From: a virus
Taxonomy: Duplodnaviria; Caudoviricetes
Strand: one strand, 5' to 3'
IMG/VR virus record: IMGVR_UViG_3300020045_004580
Location: 2,883-66,882 of that record
DNA length: 64,000 nucleotides
Shown here piece after piece: positions 1-12,200 of this stretch. Every line of letters begins with the position of its first letter. Position 1 is the first letter of the stretch. The notes under the pieces are model-generated. The model did no database searches, was not told the origin of the DNA, and worked only from the letters and a program-made list of their open reading frames with translations. A program made the translations under genes and the position numbers.

Positions 1-8
1 TAAATAAA

Positions 9-461
9 ATGAAAACAGAATTAGAAATTAATTTAAAACAAGATAATATTGTTGAACAGTTTAATGAAGCTATTGCTTATTGTAAAGAAAAAGGTATTAT
101 AAAAGAAAATAATATATCTGACGGTTATCATACATTTGATGAATTGTACGAATTTAGAAAGTTGTATAATGCAGCTTTATTTAATGAATGGGGTGAAGAC
201 TATAATTATGCAAAAGGTATAGATACTACACAATATAATGTTCATAAATCTAAACGTCATAATGATGGTGAACTTTGTTTTGGTGGAGGATGGTTTATTG
301 TAGTTGCAGTATTACCTACAGGTCAAATTAGTAATCATTATAAACTTGAGGATTGGGATTTATTTAAAATACCTGAATATCCTAAAGCTTTATATGAATT
401 TGATGGTCATACACCAAAAGATGTAATAGAAAGACTTAAAAACATTTTAATAACTAAATAA
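9..461 (+). CDS. WDGH-like domain phage protein
   Basis: Motifs SDGYHTFDELYEFR, GWFIVVAVLPTGQISNHY, W..F and FDGHT resemble the WDGH-type phage domain as I recall it; function unknown. Confidence 0.55.
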   Translation: MKTELEINLKQDNIVEQFNEAIAYCKEKGIIKENNISDGYHTFDELYEFRKLYNAALFNEWGEDYNYAKGIDTTQYNVHKSKRHNDGELCFGGGWFIVVAVLPTGQISNHYKLEDWDLFKIPEYPKALYEFDGHTPKDVIERLKNILITK

Positions 462-467
462 ATAATT

Positions 468-1499
468 ATGGCTCATAATTTAAACATTAAGCCTAACGGA
501 CAAGCAAGTTTTGTTAGTAAAAAAGAACTACCTTGGCACGGTCTTGGTACAATAGTTGAAACTCTTCAAGCTAAAGAAGCTATGGAATTAGGGGGATTAG
601 ATTTTGAAGTAGAAAAAAGACCTCTATATATACCAGGTAAAAATATTACTTTTGAAGAAGCAAAACTAAATCCTAGAATACAAAGACATATTATAAAAAA
701 AGACGATGGATTAGTATCTAATTATAATAAACTTATTAAAGTAAAAGAAAAATTTGCAACTGTAAGAACTGATACTGATGTAGCTTTAGGATTAGTAGGA
801 AGTAAATATACAGTAGTACAAAATAAGCATGCTTTTGATTTCTTTGATGATATAGCTCAAGACGGTGTAGCAGAATATGAAACTGCTGGAGCATTAGGTA
901 ATGGAGAAATAGTATTTATTACTGCAAAAGTAACAGAAAGTATGACTATACATAAAGATCAAATTGATAAATATTTATTAATAAGTTTATCACATGATGG
1001 TTCTTCTGCTATTTCGGTTGCTTATACTCCTATAAGAGTAGTATGTAATAATACTTTAACTTTAGCATTAAGAGGTGCTGTAAATAAAGTACAAATTAGA
1101 CACACTTATTCTGCTCATGATAAATTAGATGCTGCTAAAGAAACTCTTGGTTTAATTAAACAAGGAGATAATGCTCATATGGATTACTTTAATAAATTAT
1201 TAGATATTAATGTATCAGAAGGAGAAGTAATTGATTTATTTATTAATGCCTACAAAATCGATACGAATAATCTCTCTACTAAGGGCAGGAATATCCTAGA
1301 ATCTAATTTAGATTATTATTATAAAGGACTAGGACAATCTGATTATGTAGGTACAGGTTGGGGAGCTTTTAATGCTGTAACTGGGTATCTTCAAAATGTA
1401 AAAAATTATACAAATGATGATATTAAATTTAAAGCAGTATTAATGAATAATCAACAAACTATTAGAGATACAGTTTTAACATCTTTATTACAAGATTAA
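468..1499 (+). CDS. DUF932 / TIGR03299-family phage-plasmid protein
   Basis: MAHNL start, LPWHGLG, ETAGALGNG, SHDGSSA, TPIRVVCNNTL, IRHT and GTGWGAFNAVTGY motifs. Confidence 0.85.
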   Translation: MAHNLNIKPNGQASFVSKKELPWHGLGTIVETLQAKEAMELGGLDFEVEKRPLYIPGKNITFEEAKLNPRIQRHIIKKDDGLVSNYNKLIKVKEKFATVRTDTDVALGLVGSKYTVVQNKHAFDFFDDIAQDGVAEYETAGALGNGEIVFITAKVTESMTIHKDQIDKYLLISLSHDGSSAISVAYTPIRVVCNNTLTLALRGAVNKVQIRHTYSAHDKLDAAKETLGLIKQGDNAHMDYFNKLLDINVSEGEVIDLFINAYKIDTNNLSTKGRNILESNLDYYYKGLGQSDYVGTGWGAFNAVTGYLQNVKNYTNDDIKFKAVLMNNQQTIRDTVLTSLLQD

Positions 1500-1839
1500 T
1501 GATAACTAAAATTACTGATTACTTAAATTTATATATATCAAAAGATGGGATACCTTTAAAACAGATACTCGCACCTGAAGATATTAATCAAATAGCAGTA
1601 TCATTATATCATCTTACTAAAGGTAAAGAAATAAAAGATTTTGAAGCTATTAGTAATGGATTATTTAGTAACTTAAAAGAAAAAACAAGTAATGCTGTAT
1701 TTTATCCTATAAAATCAATACCTTTTTTACCTATAAATTCAGATGAAGAAGAAATTGCTAATATAGCATTACTAGGTTACTATTGTTTTATGTATTTCAG
1801 TGTAATACATAACCTGCCCATAGAAAAGATTATATTCGT
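1263..1839. repeat. dispersed TGCCC..TCGT motif, two copies (1263-1287 minus; 1815-1839 plus)
   Basis: TGCCCTTAGTAGAGAGATTATTCGT and TGCCCATAGAAAAGATTATATTCGT. Confidence 0.85.
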
Positions 1840-2035
1840 GGTTAATTCTTTTATATCTAAACATATTATTAATGTAGAAGATATATATAAAGTTAATTGT
1901 AATAATCCTATTTCTAATCTTGTTCCTATTAATGAAGAACAATATATACGTTTTAATGGTAAAACTATAATACCACCTTTTGACGAAATAAAAGATAATT
2001 TTATAAAAGAAATAACAAATTTATTAATTAAATAA
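1499..2035 (+). CDS. hypothetical protein
   Basis: 178-aa ORF overlapping the upstream stop (TAATG coupling); no recognised motif. Confidence 0.7.
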   Translation: MITKITDYLNLYISKDGIPLKQILAPEDINQIAVSLYHLTKGKEIKDFEAISNGLFSNLKEKTSNAVFYPIKSIPFLPINSDEEEIANIALLGYYCFMYFSVIHNLPIEKIIFVVNSFISKHIINVEDIYKVNCNNPISNLVPINEEQYIRFNGKTIIPPFDEIKDNFIKEITNLLIK

Positions 2036-2047
2036 AATCATAATAAT

Positions 2048-2590
2048 ATGAATACAATATTTATAATAAGCATTATAATACTAGTAGTAATTATAATAGT
2101 ATTAATTAATTTATTTATAGCAGCTAATCAAGATAGAATAGATACTTATAAAAAATTAGATAATAATAGAGAATATGTTAAAACATTACAAGAATTAATA
2201 AAAAATAATCCAGTCTTAAAAGAAAAAGAATTACAAATAAAAGAGAAACAAGAACAACTTAATAAACTCTTTTATTTAATGACTCTTAAGTTTAAAAAAC
2301 TATTAACTGAGCATGAAGCAAATATAATAAGTAATAATTTTCCTTTTAAGTACAGTTCTAATATAGAACAGAATATAAATCCATTAAATAGTATAAGATT
2401 TAAAAAAACATCAGAAGGTGTTAATACTTATGTAAATGGAGCAGTAAAACCTACAGATGTTATAATAGAATTAGAAAATTATAATTGTTTAAGTTTAAAA
2501 AACATAAAATTTATTGAAGAATTAAATAATATAGATACTAATAATATAACTAAAGAAGAAATAGATAAATTAAGTAATCTTATAAAATAA
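2048..2590 (+). CDS. membrane-anchored hypothetical protein
   Basis: N-terminal hydrophobic helix (IFIISIIILVVIIIVLINLFIAA) followed by a coiled-coil-like segment. Confidence 0.7.
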   Translation: MNTIFIISIIILVVIIIVLINLFIAANQDRIDTYKKLDNNREYVKTLQELIKNNPVLKEKELQIKEKQEQLNKLFYLMTLKFKKLLTEHEANIISNNFPFKYSSNIEQNINPLNSIRFKKTSEGVNTYVNGAVKPTDVIIELENYNCLSLKNIKFIEELNNIDTNNITKEEIDKLSNLIK

Positions 2591-2596
2591 CTAAAA

Positions 2597-3154
2597 ATGG
2601 AAAATTTAAATATAATAGAAAATAGTTTAGTTGTTTTATTATTTGTAGCTTTAGCTTATATAGCTATTTATATAAATTATAAATATAAACAAAGTTTAAT
2701 AATTAATAATAATTATGAAAAAGAAATAAATCTATTAATATCAGAAAATAATAAACTTTCAAAATTAATAATAAAAGAAGAAGAGGAGAATCATAGACAA
2801 AGTAAAAGTATTAATGATCTATATAGTTTTTTAAATTTATTTATAAATCAAAATACATCTTTAATTGTTTATAGTTTTTCTAATTTTCATAAAAACTACA
2901 ATTTTCATAATAAAAGATACTATGCTAAAGTTAATAATAAAATTGTAAATAATAAAGCAGAAGCTATTCCATTTTTACAAATAAAAGGACAGAGTAATAC
3001 TGTATTTGATTTATATAAGTTTATAGAAATAACAAATAGAACTAGACCTCAATCATATATTGATACTTTAAATATAATAAGTTCTTGTTATATTACTAAA
3101 GAAGAAGTTATTAAAAACTTAGGTAATAAAATACTTAAAAATTATAAAGGATAG
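2597..3154 (+). CDS. membrane-anchored hypothetical protein
   Basis: N-terminal hydrophobic helix (LVVLLFVALAYIAIYI); tightly packed in the operon. Confidence 0.7.
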   Translation: MENLNIIENSLVVLLFVALAYIAIYINYKYKQSLIINNNYEKEINLLISENNKLSKLIIKEEEENHRQSKSINDLYSFLNLFINQNTSLIVYSFSNFHKNYNFHNKRYYAKVNNKIVNNKAEAIPFLQIKGQSNTVFDLYKFIEITNRTRPQSYIDTLNIISSCYITKEEVIKNLGNKILKNYKG

Positions 3155-3160
3155 GATAAT

Positions 3161-3191
3161 AAAAAAGGGGTATCAATTGATACCCCCTTTT
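3161..3191. terminator. bidirectional intrinsic terminator between convergent modules
   Basis: AAAAAA-GGGGTATC-AATT-GATACCCC-CTTTT: 8-bp stem flanked by A and T tracts, between the stops at 3154 (+) and 3237 (-). Confidence 0.85.
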
Positions 3192-3236
3192 AATAACTAA
3201 AATTCTAACTTATAAAAAATTTGACAATTGAGTTAC

Positions 3237-6200
3237 CTAATCTTCATCATTACTAACATCTATAGTTTTATCATAAATTTGAGAACCTGAATTATAAGTA
3301 GAATATAATTTAGATGCACCTGGAATAAGTTTCATAGTTGCAGTGCCTATTCTACTATTACCTTTATGTACTCCACTTTGAATTTCATCTTCTTCAAGTT
3401 TAGTTATAGCACTTAAAAATCCAACGGTATCATCCCATAAACTAACAGAAGGTATAATATCTTTTAATATATTCCTAGTTTCATTAGGATTAACATATAA
3501 AAGTAAATCAGATTTTAATCTAGTACCTTGATTTAATAATACATTATACATAGCTTTAGATTCTTCATCATCATCAGATAATCCAGCTTTTAATAAAGCT
3601 ATTAAAATATACACATCTAATAATAATACAAGTTCCATAGCTATTTTCCTCATATTTTGTTCATCTACTTTAGATAAATTAGTATCTTTAAAAGCTTCTA
3701 AATTTATTTTTCCAAATGTAAAAGCAGTAACCATTGCTTTACTAAATTCTTTTAATCCTTCTACTTTATCTAATCTACCTTCGTTTTCAAAGATAATACC
3801 TGCTAATGTACGGTATCTTCCTTTAACTACTTGTTGAATACCATCATCTATTCTTTCTTTTTCAAATCTAACTGCTACCGATTCATATAACCAAGTTCTA
3901 AATTGACTTAAAGCTCTACCGACAAATTTTTGTTTAATCATAAGAGGAGAAGCAGGGTCATAATTACCATGTAATCTTTGAATTTGTTTAGTAATAGCTA
4001 TTCTCATATCTAATAAAACCTTTTCAGGTAATACTCCATATTTATTAGTATTCCATTCCCAATTTTCATTCATACCATCCCATAAACTTATTTTACCTTC
4101 TTTAGTATCTACTATAGTTTTTTTAGCATAAATAATCATAATAGGAGCTTGATTTAAATACTCTGTTCTTTGATTAAGATTATAAGGAGAAGCAAATTTA
4201 AATTTATCTCCAAGAGTTAAAGAATCATTAGATGTATATAATTCATGAGAAGCTTCTTTTAATACATTTAATTTATCCATAGCGTTTCTAATTTTACCAG
4301 ATTCTCCAGCTTCCCATTTATTAAAAGTTAAATTTTTAGCTATACTAGCAGTAGCCATTTTATAAGCATTTCTCATTTCATCTAAATTAAAAGAACCTTC
4401 TCCACTAGCTTCAATCATATTACTAATAAAACCAAAGGCAGAGTTACTAAAGCCTCCTAATAAATTCCAACCCATTAATTTTAATTGTACCGCTTTAAGC
4501 CAATTATCTCCTACTTTAGAAGCTACAATATTACTGCCTAATTTTTCAATATTAGTTTCAATAGTATCTTTTAAATTATTATAAAAATCTTCTGTTACTT
4601 CTTGATTATCATATTTAGTTTGTAAACTTAATAAAGATTCAACATAAGAATTTTTTAATTCTTTTTCTTCAGGAGTTAAAAGTTTTTTACTACTTCTACC
4701 TTCTTCTTCTTTAATTTCTCCATATAAAGTATTATTAATAGTATAAGTAAGAGCTTTTTTCATATTAACAAAAGATTCATTAATAGGTAATACAGACTGA
4801 GCTCCTCCATTTCTAAAAGCTTTAGAACCATCTATATTAAATTCAGATTCTTGATAACTATTAATAGTATACTGAGCTATTTTAACCATATCTTCTATAG
4901 CAGCTTTATGTTTGTACCCTATAACTAATGTACTAAAAATTTTCATTAATTTACCTAAATCAAAATCTCCTTGGTCAGCTATAAAATTGACAGCTTCTTC
5001 TCTATATTGAGATATTAAATCAGAAGTAGGTAATTTACCTGTTTGAATTTCATAATCAATAGCTTTACTATTAACATAATTATTAACATAAGTAGAATTA
5101 GAAGTTATACCAGGAATGTGCATTTGTTTTGCATTTTGTTCAGTAACTAAGTCAAATTCTGTTTTTATATCATTTTTATAAGTGGATGTAATAGATTTTG
5201 TCCAAGCTTTTTGTAAAGCTTTAAAACCTACTTTCATCCCATCAGTACTATACATTTGATAAATAGATTTTTCTATTACTGGTAAACCCCCAAACATTAA
5301 ATTAGCTAGTTGAGAAGAAGGTACATATTTTTTAAGATCTTCATATATTTCTGAAAATTCATTATAAAATTCTAATAAGTCAGAATCATTAGCTATAATT
5401 TCAAAATCTTTATTAAAATGTTCTTCTTTTTTAGGTAAAACTTCATAATATTGAAAACCGTCTATACCTTCTGAACCTTCATAATATTTATAAGTGTTAG
5501 AATTAATTATTTTATTAAATTCAAAAGGACTATGTTTTTTATCCCAATTTTGTAATTTTAATAAAGCTTCTGAATTATTAGAAATATCATCAGATAATTC
5601 AATATTATAATCTGATTTAATAGAAGCTTCTATAGCTTCTTTTCTTTTATTATAAGAATTAATTTTACGATTTTGTCCATTAAACCATAAATTATAAGAA
5701 TACTCCCCTATTTCATTTTTTAATGTTTCTCTATTATTATTAAGTTCTGTTTCTGTATAAGTATCAGAATCAAAATATAAAGATAAATTAATAACTTTTG
5801 TATTTATTTTTGTCCAATTTGCATAATTATTAGCAGAAATAGATGTTTGAGATTCTTTAGCTAAATTAAAAGCTTTACTTTTATCTTTATAAAATTGAGT
5901 GCTATAAACATTAATTAAATGATTAGTTTTTAAAGCATTCTCTGATTTTTGTCTAAATATTTCATAAGGATTAGAAGAATCAATTGATTTAAGTTTAGGC
6001 ATTATATTATCTATAATATTATTAAGTTTATTTAATAATTTTTCAGATTCCTCTTCAGCTTTATAACCAGCAACTTGAATTTCTTTCCATATAGCACTAA
6101 GTAATTCATTATCATAAGTAGAAATATCTCTAACATTAGCAGTTAAACTATTAATATCTTTATAATTTTTAAATACTTCATCTAATTTAATATCACGTCC

Positions 6201-9200
6201 TAGTGATTCACTTACAAATTTATTGAGATAATTTTTTTCTATTATTTGTAATTTAGTTATAGCATTTTTAGCTTCATCTTCTATAATACTATATCTATTC
6301 ATTAATTCAACAGATTCTTTATGTTTAGCTGTAAATGTATATTCTCTAGCATCTTTCCAAAAATTAAGAATATTACGAGAATATACAATATCTTCAGAAT
6401 TCATAGGATTACTAAGGATATTATTTACAGTATCTAAATCTTCTTTGGCTTTTAAAGCAAAGTCTGTTAAATTTTTTAATTTAGGTACAGACATTAAATC
6501 TACTTTATCTTTTAATATAATTTCATTTAACTTTTCAGCTTCTAAGATATTATTCTCTGCTTTTAATCTTCTTAATTTTTTCTCTCCTTGAATAATCCTT
6601 GAACGTAAAGAAGAAGCGTATTGATAATAATTAGCTCTTATATTTTTATTACTTTCTTTATTTCCAGTTATATTTACACCTGCAAATTCTAATGAATCTA
6701 AGCTCCAATCATCAGGTGCTAGATTTGTATCAATATTAAGAGAATAATTATTAAAAGATAATGGTAAAACTTCTACATAATCTTTTTCTATAATAGTAGC
6801 TTTTACACCTGCAAAGTTTTCATTAATAAAATTAGCTATTTCACTGGCATTGCCCTTAGGAGAGAGTTCATTAGTATCTGATACTAAATTGAACTTTTCA
6901 TTTATAAAAGAAATACTTCTTTCATATTTAGGTTTAGGAAGATTAGCTAAATGATTATTTCTAATATCATCTGTTAAAGCTAAAATACCACCTATAGCAT
7001 CAGCTAATTTTGTATTTGATTTTACACCTAAAGCATTAAGTAATCCTGATAATAATTCTAATAATTTAGTCCATAAAGTTTTCTTTGCTAATTTAATTTC
7101 TTTATTATTAAGATACTCTTGAAATTTAGGTTTAGTAAGTACAGCAGCAATAAATTCATCAAGATTAAGTATACTATAAATTAAATCAGATTCCACACCT
7201 TTAATAAGAGGACGTCTTTTATTTATATCTTTAGAACTTACAGCTTCTTTCATAGAATTTATAAATTCTTGTCCATATTCTTCTATTAATAAATCTTCAA
7301 CTTCTTTTCTTAAATTTTCTAAATCTTTAGTTATAGGATTTTCGTTTTTAACTTGTTTTTTAAATAAAGCATGAATAGCTTCTTCAGCTACCACACTTGC
7401 CATATCTTCTATTGTATTAAATTTAGAAGGATTAATAGCTATATAACCATATTCACTAGTAGATTTATACATTCCTTTTGCTTTTAAATTATAATCTAAT
7501 ATAATAGGAGTAGTACTTATAATAGGTAAAATAGTAGAAGCATTAGATAAAAAATATCTTAATATAGGATTACTTTTACCATTAGTTTTTTGAATAATAT
7601 TAAAAATTAAAGCATATCTATCTTGAAGATTTAAACTTTTATCAGTTAAACCTAATTCATCTGCAAAATCTCTTGTTTCATTATTAATTTCGTCTGGAAA
7701 TACATCTTCTGATTTATCTCTAGTAATAGTCATAAAATCATTTATATTTTCTTCAATAGCTTTAATATTTATTGTTTCTACTTCTGTAGTTAATCCTAAT
7801 TCTACTAAAATGTTTAAAGGTAAAATAGATAAAGAATTAATAAGATTAATATCTCTATCAATTTTTTTATTAGATATTGCTAAGTCTTCTATTGGTACAA
7901 TAGTATTAGTAATTGGATGATATAAATTATTATAACTATTTCCTTTTTTAGTTAGATAAAATTCAGAAGTAGTTCCATTTTGTGTTAATTGAATAGGATA
8001 AGCTGGAATATCAGAATTATTTACACTTATAATAGTTCTTTCTCCTACAGTACTATCAATTTGAGCAGTAAAAGGTATATTATTTTTTACCATTAAATTT
8101 GATTCAACTTTAGTAGATTGAATATCTTTAATTTTATTTTCTTTTACATTAATTAAACTACTATTATTTCTAAAGTCTAAACTAGTAGGGTTCATTATAT
8201 CTAAATCATATTCTGTATTATCTCCCCATCCTAAAGGATTTAATCTAATAAAACCATTAGAAGTTTTATATTGTGTATGATATTTTCCATCTTCTCTAAA
8301 TACTATATAAGAAGGTAAATCTTTAATATTTTTACCTGTAAATTTTCCATTTTCAAAATAACCTTTATATCCATTATCTAATTTATAATCATAATAATCT
8401 TTCATATTATGTTGTAAATGTTGTATTTTGAATTGAGGAATTAATAAATTATTTTCCATAGTAGGATTAATAAAATCAGAAAAAGTTTTACTAGTATTAG
8501 AATAATATCCAAGTTGTTTTAAATAAGTAGTTGGAATGTATTGTATAAACTTAGTAGAAGATGGTACACCTTTACTATAAAATTGATGTAAAATAAGTAG
8601 ATTACCTAAATCTTTACTTGTTATAGCATTATTATTCCAAGTGCCTAAATAAACAGGTTCATTAATCATTTCTATTAAAGAGTTTACTATTTTATTTTCA
8701 GAATTATCTACTTTACTTACAGAAGAATATTGAATATTAATAATAGCAGGATTTATATCAGTAACTTGTATTACAGGTTTAAAATCAATATATAAACTAT
8801 TAAGTAAATCATTAGTATATTTAATATTATTTTCATTATTATCTCTTAAGTTTTGAATAAACTCTCCAAGACTTTCATGAGAAGTAGAAGAATATATAAT
8901 GGATTTATATATATCACGAGCTTCCATTCCTTTCATAAAAACAGGTACAGCTTTATCTATTTGTTTTGCACTTAAAAATGATTTTAAATCTTTTAAAACT
9001 AAAGAAGCGTAATCACTATAAGATGATAATCTAAATATATCTTTACCTGTTTTTTGTCCAATATCTGTAATTAAATTTTGAATAGTTAAATTATTAAAAG
9101 GAAAAAATTTACTCCATAAAGCAACATTAGTAGAAACTCCATAAGTTAATGCAGATTGTCCTATAGATGAATACGTTTTATCATATTCTTGTGTATCAGG

Positions 9201-12200
9201 ATTATAAGTATACCCATTAAAATAAGAACCTACATTTGCAATAGTAGTATTATTCATAGCGGAATCAGCTTGTTGAAGTTTAGCAGCGCTATATACAATA
9301 TTTTTACCAACTCCTGTACTATCAACATTTAAAGCACTACGGACTTGTGCTAATGCTTGTCCATTTTTTTCCATCATTAAAAATAAAGCAAGAGAATTTA
9401 ATTGTAAATCTAATTCAGGTTTTAATATTACACCATCTTTAACAGAATTATTAAAAATAGATATAAGTTCTTTATCTGTAATATTATCTGAAAACATATT
9501 AAAATCAGCTTGTAAAGAATCTAAAGAATAATTAGCTAAATTAGTACTAGTTTTTTTTAATCCATATACAGCAGATAATAAACTATTCTTAACAGTACTA
9601 TTAGTAACTGAATCGAGATACATTTTCACTACGGGCTGGTTTATTATACCCATAATAACTTCTTCATTATACCCACTTGCTATCATTGCTCTAATAAAAT
9701 CAAAAGTAGAATCACTAACATTAAGTTTACCTAATATCTTTTCTTTACCATTATCTAGTGCTGCAGCCATTAATCCTTCTAATACATCAGATTTATATCT
9801 ACCACTTCCGTCATTTAAAAAAGGATCATTTATATTATTATTTTTAAATCCAAAAGTATTAATATAAACAGGTTTAAAAGTATAACCATCTTTAGTACTT
9901 ATTTTATATTGAAAATATAAAGGGTCTTTACTATATTGACCTAATGAGTTTAAAATCATATCTAAAGAAAAATTCCCAACAGCAGTTTTACCTAAATTAC
10001 CGCTAATATAATTATCATCTTGTACATTTCTATCTAAAAAAGTATAATAATCTTTAGTTACTTTATTAGCAAATTTTTGAATCATTTCTTCAAGTCTACC
10101 AAAAGATAAAGGTTTAGTTCTAGCTCTTTGAACTTCTTTAGAAGGGTTATCTAATATAGATCTTTGTATATCTAATATTTCATTATCTATTACTAAAATT
10201 TCTATATTTTTAATTTTATATAAAGATTTAGATTCTTCTATTTTTTTATTTAATTTAATATCTTTTAATAATTCAACTTTAGTTTTACCTTTATAATTTT
10301 TAAGTCTTTTAACATCATTATTTAGTTTAAAAATATTATCAATAATAACTTTTCTTTCTTCTATATGTTTAGTTGTTAATTTTTCTAAACTATTTGTATC
10401 TTCATTATAAAAAGTAGCATAAGTATTAGTATAAAATTTATCAACATCAAAATCAGAACCCATTTGTTTAGTAAAATCAGCAGGTGCTATTACAACATCT
10501 CCATAAGATTCAGGAAGAAATCCAACTACTCTTATATTACTCATTAAATTTATACCCGAAGTTGGAATACGAAATCCAAATCCTTGTAATAATTCAATAG
10601 GTAGTTTTTCAGTATCTAAATTTCCATCTTTATTAATAAAATCTTTTATATTTAAAAGTTTTCCATTATTATCAAAAAATCTAAAAGGAACTAAAATATC
10701 AGCAGAAGTCATTACTCCGTTATCATTATAAGAATTTTTTAATTCCCCTTTAAATGTGTCTAAAAAAGTTATTCCATTATTTTTAGAATCTACTTCTGAG
10801 TTAAAAGATCTAATACCAGCATCAGATGCTAATATATAAGCACGTCCAAATCTTTTTCTTTTTCTAATTCTATTATCTACAATAGATGATAATAAATTTT
10901 CTATTTTAGAAGAAGATATAGATTGCCATAATGGTATATCAAAATTAAGACCTGATTCATCTAATTCAAATGAAGCAGTTTCATTAAAAGTCCAACCTTT
11001 ACTAATAGCTTCATCACTTAATATTTTTTTAAGTTTAGCAATATTACCTATATTACCATTTTTAATATCTAATTCTTTTATTAGTTTTTGATATTGTATT
11101 TTAAATCTTTCTTCATATTTATTAAGATACATATTAGATAATTCTCTACCTGATATTTCTTTTGTTTTATCAAGTGGATTTTTAAAACCTAATACATCAA
11201 GTATATTAGTAAATGAAAGTTTAGCTTGTTGAGTACCGTCATTTATTTCAGATTTATTACTTTTATCGGGATTATCTTGTTGATTTCCATGCCCTTCTCT
11301 AGGTATATTTTTTATTATATGTTTATCTATATTACCTTTTAAAGCTTCAGGTATAATATTACCTTGTTTATCAAATAATTTTACACTTTCTATTGGATTT
11401 CCAGCTTTAATACCAGATGCAAATACAGCTACTTTTACTTTATTTTTAGGGTTTTCTAAATAATCTCTTAATATATCTAATTGAGTATTATTTGTAAATT
11501 CTTTTATTAAAGGTAAACTAGAAGTTTTAATATATAAAGTTTCCATTATACCATTAGAACCCATATAGGTATTAAAATATAAAGGTTTAAAAGGAATTAA
11601 TACAGTATCTAAATCTACTTTATTAACTTTACCAGTTTCTTTATAAGTTTTTAATATATTGATTGCAGTTGATTTAGGAATCATAGCATTATAAACCATT
11701 CTATCTAAATGTTCTTCTAAAGAAGTGTATTCTTGGGCATCTCCATTTTCTATAGAAGAATAAGATTTTAATACATTTTGTAAAGAAGGGTGATCTGCCC
11801 ATAATTGAGATAGATAATCGTTACTTGTACTTTGAATATCAGTATCTTCAATAGATAATACAGAAAAAGTACTTCCACTAGGAAATTGAAAATCTTCTTT
11901 ACCACCATTTACAGCTGCATATCTTTTAGTTGCATTATCAAAAGTATTTTCTATATTTACGGATTTATCTTCATTTAATTTAGTATAAAAAGCAGGGTCA
12001 TTAAATAAAAGTTGTTGCATATTAGCATTAGCTACTAAATAATTAATAGTATAATTAAGTGCTACACCTTTACCTTCTTCCATTGTAATTCTAGGATTCT
12101 CTTTAAAAGCATCAGAATATTTTTTATCAATAAATATCATTTTATCACTATATTTATTTTCTTTTCCTTTTTTAAGTAATCCTAATTTTTCCCATTTATT

